Shown here: in pieces, positions 9,627-19,634 of the stretch | Position numbering within the stretch: the first letter of the stretch is position 1 | How the letters are laid out: each line of letters opens with the position of its first letter | Assembly: GCA_964346815.1 (NCBI GenBank) | Contig: CAYFWF010000003.1 | Coordinates: 181,559 to 245,558 of the forward strand | Reading direction: 5' to 3' | DNA length: 64,000 nt | Source of the DNA: an uncultured Eubacteriales bacterium | Lineage (GTDB): Bacteria > Acidobacteriota > Aminicenantia > Aminicenantales > Aminicenantaceae | Program-made: the position numbers and the translations under genes | The notes under the pieces: generated by a model | What the model was told of the DNA's origin: nothing | The model's database searches: none | Seen by the model: only the letters and a program-made list of their open reading frames with translations

Positions 9627-10151
9627 TCAAGGACGTTGAATCCATTCTTTGGATTTTTCGAAGACGCTCACGAAAGTTTTCCTGTTGAGAGAGAAGAGTT
9701 TTGCGTCGGTCCTCAGTTTGATGCTGTCTGTCAAAGGGTTAGGCCGTTCCATGATGGTGGCCAGGACTTTAAGCGGAGAATCCAGCGCTTTTAAGAGGAC
9801 AGCACGGAATCGGTTAGAGAGGAGTTCCATTTTCCCTATCTCATCGATGATCACGATTTTCTTCTCATTCAGGGCCTTTTCAATCGATTCGCATCCCAGA
9901 TCTTCCAGGGCTTTTATATTTATACCGTATCTGCCGACATGAAAACTGGATTGAAAACGCTTTCTGGCCAATAGATCGCTTCTTCCCTCCGGAATCGTAT
10001 TAATCAGGAAGCCGACACGCTCTCCTTGCTCCCTCAGCTCTTCCGTGAAAAAGCCCCCTGCATTATTCTTCAGAATTTCAAGTTCGAGCAGTCTCTGGAT
10101 CAGGGTGGTCTTTCCAGACCGAGGCAGGCCTGTTATGAGCAGATTGGTCAA
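9627..10151 (-). CDS. THEP1/MJ1559-family P-loop nucleoside-triphosphatase
   Basis: N-terminal Walker A LITGLPRSGKTTLIQR and Walker B VIIIDEIGKMEL. 174 aa size fits the NTPase THEP1 family. Confidence 0.7.
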   Translation of the reverse strand: MTNLLITGLPRSGKTTLIQRLLELEILKNNAGGFFTEELREQGERVGFLINTIPEGRSDLLARKRFQSSFHVGRYGINIKALEDLGCESIEKALNEKKIVIIDEIGKMELLSNRFRAVLLKALDSPLKVLATIMERPNPLTDSIKLRTDAKLFSLNRKTFVSVFEKSKEWIQRP

Positions 10152-10162
10152 AGTATGATGGC

Positions 10163-11833
10163 CTATTTGAGTTCCCTCATCACGATTTCTCTGATGTCGT
10201 CACCCATCCGTATTGCTTTATTTTTAAGAGCCGTCGCTCTTCTTCTGAGCTTGGTTTTGAATTGTCTATCCTGAATATCCGGCAGGTTAATGACGACGTT
10301 GTAATACGCGCCTTCTGCTGCAGTCTGGGCTGTGAGTCCTGCCACACCTGCATCGCTCACAGAATTTTTGTTTCCGTGAAGAGCCACAGATCTGGCTAAT
10401 TCTAAAGCCTTTAGGCTCATTTCTAGGACGTTGAAGGGCACAAGGGTGGCCTCCTTTGTGGCCTCCTGAACAGCCGTGTCCCGCTCTTTTTTCTGTTCTT
10501 CGGTCTTTTTTTTCATCCTCAAAGCATCCATGACTTTGTTAAAAGCGAGGGTATCTAAGTCCACGGTTCTCAGGAATTCATCCTTCAACTCTTGCGCAGC
10601 CACGGCCCACGTTTTCACCTTGTCTTGGACATCTTCATAGTCTTTTTTTCCTACCGTGAGGTTTGAAACCATAGACGATAAGGCTGCGGAAAGAGCTCCA
10701 CACAATGCCGCTGTGCTTCCTCCTCCAGGAGCAGGGGAGTCCATCGAGAGCGCATTTGAAAATTCCCTCAGATTTTTGTCGAGCAGAGAATCCTCGACTT
10801 CTTTGAACTGATACTCAATGATCTTTTTTCGGGGATCAAACGGAGACACATCCTCCAGCCCCAAAGATTTTACGGCGATATCGATGAGTTCTTCGTCAGG
10901 AACCCCTGGACTTTTTCCCTGTTTCTCAAGATAATATTTCCCGGCCATAAGCATGGCTTCTTTTGGGATCAGGCCGACCAGCTCGCTCCCCGTTACCCTG
11001 AGTCCCAAAGCTTCAGCTCCCTTGATCGTCTCATCAAAGACAAGATGAGGGGGAGACACTTTATAATTTGTGAAGTTTATTGATATTTGAGCTATCCCAT
11101 AATCATCGATATACCATCCCACCGCTTTCACCTCCTTGAATTTGCCAGGAACCTTTATGGCTTTCCCGTGTTCATCCCTGATGATCTTTCCGTTCTTATC
11201 CCTTTTTGCCCTTCCTCTTTCTCTCAAATTCAAGGCAATATGATGAGCGAGTCTTCGGTCTCTAGTGTTCAAGTTGATGTTGTAAGCGATCAGGAATTCT
11301 CTTGCTCCGATGACTGTGGCTCCTGCCCTGGAATTGAAAACCGGCTTTCCATAATCAGGAGCCCACTCAGGATCTTTGAATTTTTCAGGCAGGCCTTCAT
11401 ATTCTCCCACTCGAATGTTCGCCAGGTTTTTTCTCTCTGGCTTTTGAGCCGCTTCTTCGTAAAGATAGACAGGGATATCGAGCTCTGCAGCGACCCGCTT
11501 GCCTACTTCGTGCGCGATATGTACACAGTCTTCCATGGTCATTCCGCTGACTGGAACAAAGGGACAGACATCGGTTGCTCCAATTCGGCTGTGGGCGCCC
11601 TTGTGTTTGCTCATATCCAATACTTCGGCAGCTTTCTTGATGGCTCTAAAAGCGGCTTCCTTGACTCCTTCTGGTGTTCCTATGAAGGTAACTACTGTCC
11701 TGTTGGTGGATTCTCCAGGATCCACATCGAGAAGAGTAACTTGAGGGGTGGCTTCGATCTCTTTGGTGATTGCCTTGATCTTCTCAAGATCTCGTCCTTC
11801 GCTAAAATTGGGAACGCATTCCACAAGTTTCAT
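10163..11833 (-). CDS. ftcD: bifunctional glutamate formimidoyltransferase / formimidoyl-tetrahydrofolate cyclodeaminase (fused, mammalian FTCD-type)
   Basis: N-terminus MKLVECVPNFSEGRD…NRTVVTF…DVCPFVP matches the formiminotransferase domain (human FTCD: LVECVPNFSEGKN…NRTVYTF…DVCPFIP). C-terminal part has the cyclodeaminase motif APGGGSTAALCGALSAALSSMV. 556 aa, both domains in one frame. Confidence 0.85.
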   Translation of the reverse strand: MKLVECVPNFSEGRDLEKIKAITKEIEATPQVTLLDVDPGESTNRTVVTFIGTPEGVKEAAFRAIKKAAEVLDMSKHKGAHSRIGATDVCPFVPVSGMTMEDCVHIAHEVGKRVAAELDIPVYLYEEAAQKPERKNLANIRVGEYEGLPEKFKDPEWAPDYGKPVFNSRAGATVIGAREFLIAYNINLNTRDRRLAHHIALNLRERGRAKRDKNGKIIRDEHGKAIKVPGKFKEVKAVGWYIDDYGIAQISINFTNYKVSPPHLVFDETIKGAEALGLRVTGSELVGLIPKEAMLMAGKYYLEKQGKSPGVPDEELIDIAVKSLGLEDVSPFDPRKKIIEYQFKEVEDSLLDKNLREFSNALSMDSPAPGGGSTAALCGALSAALSSMVSNLTVGKKDYEDVQDKVKTWAVAAQELKDEFLRTVDLDTLAFNKVMDALRMKKKTEEQKKERDTAVQEATKEATLVPFNVLEMSLKALELARSVALHGNKNSVSDAGVAGLTAQTAAEGAYYNVVINLPDIQDRQFKTKLRRRATALKNKAIRMGDDIREIVMRELK

Positions 11834-13299
11834 TCCGTGTCTCCTTTGCTAATTGAATACTGCAGAACTCCCTCGGTGTTGTAAACGGCGATCTCTTCAA
11901 ATTCTTTTAAATGATCCAATATCTCACGGCCTCCCACGATCATCACCACAGGAGTGTCCAGAGAATATTTTTTTCCCATGCGGGATACCATTTCTGAAGT
12001 GATGCGCATGATGTTTTCTTGATATCTTTCCCAATGGGCGCTATCAAGATCAAAAGCCTGGATTTCAGAGATTTTCAGAGAGAGTTTATCGATTGTATCT
12101 ATATTTAGAGGGAAATTTCCAATAAGGTACGATTTGGCCTGTTCAATTTCTTGGCTCGGGATTTGAGCTTTGGTGACCGCTTCTATTTCGCTGAGTATTT
12201 CTGAGAGGGCCTTGCCTATCACTTCGGTCCGGACTTTGGCCCTGATTAAAAACACACCACAGCTTTCGAAAAGTTGCATCTCACTGAACACATAATAAGC
12301 GTATCCCTTCGATTCTCTGAGGTGCATAAACAGTCTGCTGTTCGAAGTTCCTCCAATGACCTGGTTGAAAACAACAAAGGGAAAATAATCCGGGCTGGTT
12401 ATGGGAAATATTGTGTTTCCCAAGTAAATCGTGGCATCTTTGGCATGAGGGAGGTTGATGAAGCCTATTTTGAATTCCTCTCTGGGTTCGAGAGATGGGA
12501 CTGCAGAGTATGGTAAATCCTTTTTTTCCCAGGAACTTAGATATTGGCTCACTTTCCTGGAGGCTGTTTCAAGATTGATGTTTCCGGTAAGAACCAGCTT
12601 TGCATTGTTGGGAACGTAAAAGTCGGAAAAAAAAGAAACGATGTTTTTTCGGTTCAAGTTTTTTATCACGCCCTGATTGAAGGCGAACTTTTTATAGGGA
12701 TGATTCTCGAAGAGGACACGAAAGAGAACTCTTCTGGCTAAAAACTCAGGCTCCATATTCTGGCTTGCTAACGCATAGAACATCGTCCTCTGGACATTGG
12801 ATATTTCATTGCGTGGAAAGGTTGGACGGAGAACCATCTCTGAGAGCACCATCAATGCCTTATCCAGATACTCCTCCAGAAAGGAGAGGGTGAAAATCGA
12901 ATAGTCAGGAAAAATTTGGACCGTTAGATCACCTCCTATAGATTCTATTCTTTCTTCGATATCTGAAGCAGATAGCATCACCGATCCTTTTGGCAGCATC
13001 CTGGCGGTCAGAGTGGCAAGCCCTGGAAGATCATCGGGGGAAGAGCTTTCTCCTGTCAGAATGATCAAGCGTATGCTGATGATGGGATGGTTTTCTCTGC
13101 GAACAACCGCGAGATCCAGTCCGTTGGTCAGTGAATGGGTTTCAATTACTGGAAGGGAAAATTCGGGATAAGGTTCGGGATAGGGGGGGGACCTGCGGAA
13201 TCTTTCTTGTGCCGACAGAGAGGATGCTTGCGATAGCAGCGTAAAGAAAAGCAGAGGAAGGGCCAATCGGGAGAGATAAGAGATCTTGTTCAGCCTCAT
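11830..13299 (-). CDS. M16-family (insulinase/pitrilysin-like) peptidase subunit, non-catalytic type (no HxxEH), secreted
   Basis: Signal peptide (LLFFTLLSQASSLSA). M16 two-domain architecture and length. 4-nt overlap with ftcD and with the upstream M16 gene. Confidence 0.65.
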   Translation of the reverse strand: MRLNKISYLSRLALPLLFFTLLSQASSLSAQERFRRSPPYPEPYPEFSLPVIETHSLTNGLDLAVVRRENHPIISIRLIILTGESSSPDDLPGLATLTARMLPKGSVMLSASDIEERIESIGGDLTVQIFPDYSIFTLSFLEEYLDKALMVLSEMVLRPTFPRNEISNVQRTMFYALASQNMEPEFLARRVLFRVLFENHPYKKFAFNQGVIKNLNRKNIVSFFSDFYVPNNAKLVLTGNINLETASRKVSQYLSSWEKKDLPYSAVPSLEPREEFKIGFINLPHAKDATIYLGNTIFPITSPDYFPFVVFNQVIGGTSNSRLFMHLRESKGYAYYVFSEMQLFESCGVFLIRAKVRTEVIGKALSEILSEIEAVTKAQIPSQEIEQAKSYLIGNFPLNIDTIDKLSLKISEIQAFDLDSAHWERYQENIMRITSEMVSRMGKKYSLDTPVVMIVGGREILDHLKEFEEIAVYNTEGVLQYSISKGDTE

Positions 13300-14651
13300 T
13301 TTATTTTGATGTCCAGAATGATTCTGTCGTCATTAAAATATTTATTGACTGTTCGAAGAACATCCATGTCTGTTACCGAAAGATATCGGGCAAGTTCGGA
13401 TGGCCAAACCTTCACGTTCTCCATTTCGAGCGACTTTTCGGCCAGGAAAATCGCTTTATCCAAAATGGTTGTGTACTGACGAAAATAGGACATTTTAAAA
13501 ATGTTTTTTGATTTATCCAGTTCTTGTTCAGGGACAGGGGTTGTTTTGAGCTTGTTGATCTCCGAGAAAACGGCTTTTTGACTGCGCTCTCTCATGATCT
13601 CATTGTTGATCCGCACATGGATTTTGAATGCGGAATAGCCTGCCTTGTTTTCTATGCCTCCACTCAGAAATATGGCAGTTCTGTCTTTTTCAATAAGCTT
13701 TTTCCGGAGGCGGGATGTTTCTCCCTTCAAGAGAATATATTCCGTTATAACCAGCGGGTAATAGTCTTCCGAATAAGGCGGGGCAGTCCGATATCCCACA
13801 TAATAGCCAGGATATGTAGCCAAAGGATTGATCACGGACTGGACCGTATTTCCAATATTCTCGAGATCCCCCGAGTCGAGAGGAGAGAGGTCATTTCCTC
13901 TCGGAATAGTCGAGAAATATTTTTCTACGAGCTGCTGGACCTTATTTTTGTCGATATTGCCTGCAATAGAAAGCACAGCGTTGTTGGGCGTGTAGAAAGT
14001 TGAATAGAAATCAATGACATCCTCGACCGTGATTTCTCTAATATCTGAGATCGTTCCTAGAACAGGATGACTGTATTTGAAGTCTGGGAACAAAAGCCGG
14101 TCAAAAGACCAGGAACTTTCAAGATAGGGATTCGCATCTTTCCTGATTTGCAGATCTTCAATAAGGGAATTTTTGATTCTCTCAACGTTTGAGGCGTTGA
14201 TGTTGAGGGAATTCATCCTGTCAGATTCGAGCCACAGGACCAGCGCCAGTTGATTGGATGGGACAGTTTGGTAAAAAATGGTTTTGTTTTCCGTGGTGAC
14301 CGCGTTCAATATTCCGCCGATTTTCTGGAGGAAACTGATGTGCTGCATTTGCCCGACATTCCTCGAACCTTGAAACATCAGATTTTCCAGCAAATGAGCC
14401 AAGCCTGATTTTCCAGGCTGTTCATGGATAGAACCCACTTGGTAGGCCATAACTACAGATACAATCGGCAAAGAATAATCTTCGGAAAGAATCACACGGA
14501 GGCCATTCTTTAAGGTAGACTCTGTAACGGGGAAGGGAGGTTTTTCGGCTGTCTGGAAACCGGAGGCATTGAGCCAAAGAATCCCTATACAGAAAATCAG
14601 TTTAAGGAAAGGGATTTTTCTTCTGGCTGCTCGTGAATAGGGTAAATACAT
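13296..14651 (-). CDS. M16-family peptidase subunit with degenerate zinc motif (HLLEN instead of HxxEH), secreted
   Basis: N-terminal signal/TM segment. GLAHLLENLMFQGSRNVG aligns to the M16 zinc-binding GLAHFLEHMLFKGT region but the second His is Asn. Confidence 0.65.
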   Translation of the reverse strand: MYLPYSRAARRKIPFLKLIFCIGILWLNASGFQTAEKPPFPVTESTLKNGLRVILSEDYSLPIVSVVMAYQVGSIHEQPGKSGLAHLLENLMFQGSRNVGQMQHISFLQKIGGILNAVTTENKTIFYQTVPSNQLALVLWLESDRMNSLNINASNVERIKNSLIEDLQIRKDANPYLESSWSFDRLLFPDFKYSHPVLGTISDIREITVEDVIDFYSTFYTPNNAVLSIAGNIDKNKVQQLVEKYFSTIPRGNDLSPLDSGDLENIGNTVQSVINPLATYPGYYVGYRTAPPYSEDYYPLVITEYILLKGETSRLRKKLIEKDRTAIFLSGGIENKAGYSAFKIHVRINNEIMRERSQKAVFSEINKLKTTPVPEQELDKSKNIFKMSYFRQYTTILDKAIFLAEKSLEMENVKVWPSELARYLSVTDMDVLRTVNKYFNDDRIILDIKIK

Positions 14652-14766
14652 GTGAGTTCTAAAAATAACATAAAAAAGATTTCAAATTCAAATGTTGAAA
14701 GGGCCCTCGATTTGTGTTAATTAATATGCCTTTCGCGATTTAAGACTCTCAGTGAGGAGGCTGATC

Positions 14767-15933
14767 ATGAGTAAAGAAGGAAAGCATTTTTTTACATCAG
14801 AATCTGTGACTGAGGGGCATCCAGATAAGATATGTGACCAGATATCGGATGCGATACTCGATGATCTTATCAGTCAGGACCCCAACAGCCGGGTGGCCTG
14901 CGAAGCCTTGGTAACCACAGGGCTGGTTTTCATAGCTGGAGAAATAACCAGCGAAGGATACTGTGAATTCCAGAAGGTCGTCAGGGAAACGGTGAAGGAG
15001 CTCGGCTATAACGATGCGAAATATGGATTCGATTATGAGACCTGTGCTGTCGTTTCATCCATACACGAACAATCGGCTGATATTGCATTGGGTGTTGATG
15101 AGACCATCGATCATGCGCAGGGCGCTGGCGACCAAGGCCTTATGTTCGGTTATGCCTGCAGCGAAACCGATGAGATGATGCCTCTGCCTATCATGATAGC
15201 CCATAAATTGGTAAAGCGGCTGTCCCAGGTTCGCAAGGAGACGATCTTGGATTATTTGAGACCGGATGGAAAGTCACAGGTCACTATAGAATATGAAGGG
15301 CATATCCCTCGGAGAATTGATGCCATTGTCATTGCGGCCCAACATCACTCGGGGGTAAATATGAATACCCTGCGGGAAGAAATCAACAGACATGTTATCC
15401 GGGAAGTCGTTCCTCCGGATTTATTGGACAAAGATACCAAAATTTATATAAATGAGACTGGCCGGTTCGAACAGGGCGGTCCTCTCGCTGATACCGGATT
15501 GACAGGACGAAAAATCATCGTGGATACCTATGGAGGAGTAGGGAGCCATGGAGGCGGATGTTTCTCAGGAAAGGATCCCTCGAAGGTAGACCGTTCAGGC
15601 TCCTATATGGCGCGTTACATCGCTAAGAATATGGTTGCAGCAGGGATTGCATCCAAACTCGAGGTTCAGATAGCCTATGCCATTGGCGTGGCCCATCCTG
15701 TATCCATCCTGGTCGATTCATTCGGGACGGCAAAAATTTCTGAAGATAGAATAAAAGAATTGATCGATGAGCATTTTCAGCTCTCTCCTAAGGCGATGAT
15801 CCAGAGTCTGGATCTGCTGCGTCCTATTTACAAAAAAACAGCCTGTTATGGACATTTTGGACGATCCGAAGAAGATTTCACCTGGGAGAAAACAGATAAG
15901 GCAGAAATATTGAGAAGAGCGGCTGGCCTTTAA
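14767..15933 (+). CDS. metK: S-adenosylmethionine synthetase
   Basis: N-terminus [24 protein letters not shown]. Glycine-rich [19 protein letters not shown] motif. GAGGAGG SD 12 nt before ATG at 14767. Confidence 0.95.
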   Translation: MSKEGKHFFTSESVTEGHPDKICDQISDAILDDLISQDPNSRVACEALVTTGLVFIAGEITSEGYCEFQKVVRETVKELGYNDAKYGFDYETCAVVSSIHEQSADIALGVDETIDHAQGAGDQGLMFGYACSETDEMMPLPIMIAHKLVKRLSQVRKETILDYLRPDGKSQVTIEYEGHIPRRIDAIVIAAQHHSGVNMNTLREEINRHVIREVVPPDLLDKDTKIYINETGRFEQGGPLADTGLTGRKIIVDTYGGVGSHGGGCFSGKDPSKVDRSGSYMARYIAKNMVAAGIASKLEVQIAYAIGVAHPVSILVDSFGTAKISEDRIKELIDEHFQLSPKAMIQSLDLLRPIYKKTACYGHFGRSEEDFTWEKTDKAEILRRAAGL

Positions 15934-16001
15934 GCATTCTTGAAGACAGTGAAGTCTCAAATCGGAAAAGGTTCAAGAATAGTGATATCCAGGAGAGAAA
16001 A

Positions 16002-17270
16002 ATGGAGAGAATCATGGAGCATGACGTAAAAGACCTCCAACTGGCAAAAAAAGGTAAACTGAGGATGGAATGGGCCGGGAGATTCATGCCCGTACTTTCG
16101 TCTATTAAGAAAAATTTTGCCAAGGATAAACCCTTGAAAGGCGCTAAAATTTCGGCCTGTTTACATGTCACCAGTGAAACAGGAAACCTGATGGAAGCGC
16201 TGAAGCTCGGAGGCGCCGATGTCCGACTCGCCGCATCCAATCCTTTGAGCACCCAGGATGATGTGGCAGCGGCGCTGGTTAAGAATTACGGTATCCCTGT
16301 ATTTGCCATAAAAGGAGAAGACAATAAAACCTATTACCGTCATATCCATCAGGCCTTGGACCACTCCCCTCACATCACGATGGATGACGGGGCCGATTTG
16401 GTATGCAGCATTCATTCAGAAAGGAAAGAGCTGTTTTCTACGGTGCTCGGAGGAACAGAAGAGACGACCACAGGTGTCATCCGTTTAGAAAGTATGGCTG
16501 ATGCTCAAGTTCTACAATATCCCATCATCGCTGTGAATGATGCGAACACGAAACATCTTTTCGATAATCGTTATGGCACTGGACAGAGCACTATAGACGG
16601 CATTCTCAGGGCAACGAACATTCTGTTGGCCGGTTTAAATTTTGTCGTCGTGGGTTATGGATGGTGCGGACGCGGCGTCTCCATAAGAGCGAGGGGAGCC
16701 GGAGCAAAAGTGATCATCTGTGAGGTCGATCCTTTGCGTGCATTGGAAGCTGTAATGGATGGCTTTCAGGTTATGGGATTGAAGGAGGCCTCTAAAATCG
16801 GGGATGTGTTCGTTACGGTAACCGGCGATAAAAATGTTATCACTCAGGATCATTTTTTGAAGATGAAGGATGGTGCGGTCGTGGCAAACTCAGGACACTT
16901 CAACGTGGAAATCGATATTCCTTCTCTGGAAAAGCTGAGTGCCAAGAAAAGAAAGATCAGAGATTATGTTGAAGAATATACCTTGAAGAATGGAAAGAAG
17001 ATTTATCTGCTGGGCGAGGGCCGTTTGATAAACCTGGCTGCCGCTGAAGGCCATCCTGCAGTGGTAATGGACATGAGTTTTGCAAATCAAGCGTTATGCA
17101 TGCCGTATCTCTATCAGCAGGCTCAAACGTTGAAGAAAAAAGTCTATTCGGTCCCTAAGGAAATCGATGAAGAAATTGCCTCCATGAAACTCAAATCCAT
17201 GGGAATCAAAATAGACAAGCTGACCCCCGAACAGAAAAAGTATCTCGCTGCATGGGATGAGGGAACCTAG
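16002..17270 (+). CDS. ahcY: adenosylhomocysteinase (S-adenosyl-L-homocysteine hydrolase)
   Basis: [38 protein letters not shown] and NAD-binding GYGWCGRG motifs. 422 aa. Immediately follows metK. Confidence 0.95.
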   Translation: MERIMEHDVKDLQLAKKGKLRMEWAGRFMPVLSSIKKNFAKDKPLKGAKISACLHVTSETGNLMEALKLGGADVRLAASNPLSTQDDVAAALVKNYGIPVFAIKGEDNKTYYRHIHQALDHSPHITMDDGADLVCSIHSERKELFSTVLGGTEETTTGVIRLESMADAQVLQYPIIAVNDANTKHLFDNRYGTGQSTIDGILRATNILLAGLNFVVVGYGWCGRGVSIRARGAGAKVIICEVDPLRALEAVMDGFQVMGLKEASKIGDVFVTVTGDKNVITQDHFLKMKDGAVVANSGHFNVEIDIPSLEKLSAKKRKIRDYVEEYTLKNGKKIYLLGEGRLINLAAAEGHPAVVMDMSFANQALCMPYLYQQAQTLKKKVYSVPKEIDEEIASMKLKSMGIKIDKLTPEQKKYLAAWDEGT

Positions 17271-18029
17271 CTATTTCAGGACTTTGAGATATTCGTTAAT
17301 TTTATCCCTGATTTCTTGATCTTTCACCTGAGGATAGATTTTTTCGAAGATCATTTTAGCGTCTTCCCGTCGGTCGTCTTTAAAATAAGCCACAGCGAGG
17401 TTGTAATTGAGATTGATGTCTTGAGGGTTAATCCGCAAAGCTTTCCTGTAACTCTCGATAGCCTCTTTGATACGTCCGAGTCTTTCGAGCAAAATACCTC
17501 TCAGGTTGAGAGACATAACCATGCGGCTGTTTATTTCGATGGATTTTTCGACCAGTTGAAGAGCCTCTTCATTTTTGTCCTGAGCGAGATAGAGTCTGGC
17601 TAGATTGTAATAGGGAAGTTCGCGTGATTTATATGTTTCGTCGGCTATAGCCTTTCTGAATTCATCCTCGGCTTTGTCCAACAAACCCAATTCTTGGTAG
17701 ACAGAACCCAAATAATTTCTTGCCTCTGTAAAGTTGGGATTCACCTGTAGACACTTCTCGAAATAGGCCACAGCACTCTGAAACTCTCCTTGCATGAAAT
17801 TGGTGAGTCCGAGCGCATTCAAAGCGAGATAGAAGTTAGGCCTGAGAGTTAAAGCTCTGTTGAAGTGCTTGATCGCTTCATCATAGTTTCCGTTTTGCAG
17901 ATAGACCAGTCCGATGTTGTATTGATATTGCGGGTCGTTGGCTCTTTGTTTTTGCAGTTTCTGTTGACTTGAAGCGCAGAGCGTCAGCATCATCGAGATA
18001 AGCAAGATCGAAGGAATTTTATATTTCAT
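17271..18029 (-). CDS. TPR-repeat protein with N-terminal signal peptide (putative lipoprotein)
   Basis: Repeated TPR consensus (…AIKHFNRALTLRPNFYLALNALG…). Start at MKYKIPSILLISMMLTLCASS with GAGGAG SD. Last gene of the gpsA operon. Confidence 0.7.
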   Translation of the reverse strand: MKYKIPSILLISMMLTLCASSQQKLQKQRANDPQYQYNIGLVYLQNGNYDEAIKHFNRALTLRPNFYLALNALGLTNFMQGEFQSAVAYFEKCLQVNPNFTEARNYLGSVYQELGLLDKAEDEFRKAIADETYKSRELPYYNLARLYLAQDKNEEALQLVEKSIEINSRMVMSLNLRGILLERLGRIKEAIESYRKALRINPQDINLNYNLAVAYFKDDRREDAKMIFEKIYPQVKDQEIRDKINEYLKVLK

Positions 18030-19047
18030 CTTGGTCTCCTCTGATGGTTTTGAATTCATTCTTGAGTTCTCTAGACATCAGTTCCTGGAAGGCTTTTCTG
18101 GGATTTTTTCTTTCATACAAAATACGATAGACCTGTTCGCTTATCGGCATTTCGATTTCTTCCCTTCTGGATAGTTGATGGACTGAAAGGGTGGTTGGAA
18201 TTCCTTCGGCAATCATTTTCATGCCTGAAACAATCTCTTCCAATTTTTTTCCCTTTCCCAGTTCGCAACCCACGAAGCGGTTTCGGCTCAATTTCCCTGT
18301 GCAGGTGAGTACAAGATCGCCGATACCTGCGAGGCCGGCATAGGTTTCCAATCTTGCTCCGAGCTTTATCCCTAAACGAGTCATTTCTGCCAGGCCTCGA
18401 GTGACAAGGCCTGCCATAGAGTTGCTGCCAAAACCGAAACTATCCGAAATTCCGGTTGCGATCGCAATGACATTTTTGCAGGCCCCCGCGAGTTCCACTC
18501 CGATTATATCGGTAGAGCTGTAGGCACGGAAATAAAGGCCTGAAACAAAGGTCTGGACTTCTTTTGCCAGTTGGATGTCTTTAGAGGCCACCACGACCAC
18601 AGTGGGATGAGACTCTGATACTTCTCGTGCAAAACTTGGCCCTGAAAGAACAGCAAGGCGCGGCGTAAAAAAGGGAGTGAAGACATCTTCCATAACCTCG
18701 CTCATCCTCTTCAGAGTGTTCTCTTCGATTCCTTTGGTCAAACTCACGATGATTTGCTTGGCGGATAGTGAGGGGGCAAGCTTTTCATATATGTTCCGGC
18801 AAAATCGAGAGGGAACAGCGATGAAAACGATGTCTGCATCTTCGACAGCTCGATCCAGCCTCCCAAAAAAGGACACAGAAGGAGGAAAAGCAATTCCAGG
18901 AAGGAACAGCCTGTTCTCTCCGGTGTTCTTAATTTCTTGGTAAATCTCTTCCTCTTTTATCCAGAGTTTTGTGTCAATGTGCAGGCGCCCTAGATGGACT
19001 GCGAAAGCGCTTCCCCAGGAGCCGCCTCCGATTATAGCGGCCTTCAT
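18019..19047 (-). CDS. gpsA: NAD(P)H-dependent glycerol-3-phosphate dehydrogenase
   Basis: True start MKAAIIGGGSWGSAFA (Rossmann GxGxxG). The ORF-track entry 18019..19362 carries a 105-aa spurious N-terminal extension that overlaps plsY in another frame. ATGA overlap with plsY stop. Confidence 0.9.
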   Translation of the reverse strand: MKAAIIGGGSWGSAFAVHLGRLHIDTKLWIKEEEIYQEIKNTGENRLFLPGIAFPPSVSFFGRLDRAVEDADIVFIAVPSRFCRNIYEKLAPSLSAKQIIVSLTKGIEENTLKRMSEVMEDVFTPFFTPRLAVLSGPSFAREVSESHPTVVVVASKDIQLAKEVQTFVSGLYFRAYSSTDIIGVELAGACKNVIAIATGISDSFGFGSNSMAGLVTRGLAEMTRLGIKLGARLETYAGLAGIGDLVLTCTGKLSRNRFVGCELGKGKKLEEIVSGMKMIAEGIPTTLSVHQLSRREEIEMPISEQVYRILYERKNPRKAFQELMSRELKNEFKTIRGDQDEI

Positions 19048-19634
19048 CGAACTCTCTCTCCCAGTTTTCTTTCGTTTCCTTTGATCAGACGTTGGATATT
19101 TCCTGCATGTCGGAAAGCAATCAAAAGAAATACTGCGAATCCTAAAAGAGTTTTTTCGGTATCGCCCTGGATAATAAAGATGGCGAAGGGCAGGCTCAGC
19201 ATGGCCAGGATAGATCCGAGAGAGACATAACGAGTCAACAGGATTACCAGAAAAAAAATGGCGATGGCAATCAATAAGGACTTTACGGCTAATGCTGAAA
19301 AAACCCCCACCGCCGTTGCCACTCCCTTTCCTCCTTTGAACTTGATATAAACCGGATAACAATGACCGAATACAGCTAAAAATCCGCAGAGAAGAGCAAA
19401 ATTTTTATCTGGAAAGAGCTGCATGGCAAGAAATACAGGCAAAAATCCTTTCAGAATGTCCCCGAGAATCACGGGGAGAGCAAAAATCCATCCTTTAAGT
19501 CGGAGAACATTCGTGGCCCCAGTACTGTGGCTTCCGAAGTTCCGGATGTCTTTTTTTTCGGAAACTGAAAACAAAATATATCCAGTAGGAAATGAACCAA
19601 AGAGATAAGAAAAGAGGGCAAAGAGTATCTTCAT
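19044..19634 (-). CDS. plsY: glycerol-3-phosphate acyltransferase PlsY (canonical copy)
   Basis: FGSFPTGYIL…GSHSTGATNVLR (PlsY GSGNxGATNV-type motif). 196 aa, multi-TM. Classic plsY-gpsA adjacency. Confidence 0.9.
   Translation of the reverse strand: MKILFALFSYLFGSFPTGYILFSVSEKKDIRNFGSHSTGATNVLRLKGWIFALPVILGDILKGFLPVFLAMQLFPDKNFALLCGFLAVFGHCYPVYIKFKGGKGVATAVGVFSALAVKSLLIAIAIFFLVILLTRYVSLGSILAMLSLPFAIFIIQGDTEKTLLGFAVFLLIAFRHAGNIQRLIKGNERKLGERVR

Noticed and set aside
8935-10151. Macro-domain protein plus P-loop NTPase as a candidate ADP-ribose-based defence module
   Set aside because: The NTPase is a THEP1-type housekeeping family and the macro protein looks like a YmdB-type deacetylase. Both sit in an operon with ftcD and the M16 peptidases, with no nuclease, SIR2, TIR or other effector domains.
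11087-11884. Long antisense ORFs opposite strong genes: 11087..11884 (+), 33711..34514 (+), 47899..48666 (-), 53339..54148 (-) and 60459..61439 (-)
   Set aside because: Each lies entirely within, and antisense to, a gene with clear conserved motifs (ftcD, aldolase-like, radical SAM, BNR protein, D-aminoacylase). They have low-complexity or biased composition and no SD or motifs. These are typical spurious shadow ORFs.
14652-14766. Possible SAM riboswitch in the 115-nt AT-rich leader upstream of metK
   Set aside because: I could not find the conserved SAM-I or SAM-II cores or the required paired stems; the region looks like a plain promoter plus SD. A covariance-model scan would be needed to be certain.
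18019-19362. 447-aa version of gpsA in the ORF track
   Set aside because: The first 105 residues overlap plsY out of frame and lack similarity to GpsA. The conserved Rossmann start MKAAIIGGGSWG at 19047 coincides with the ATGA coupling to plsY.
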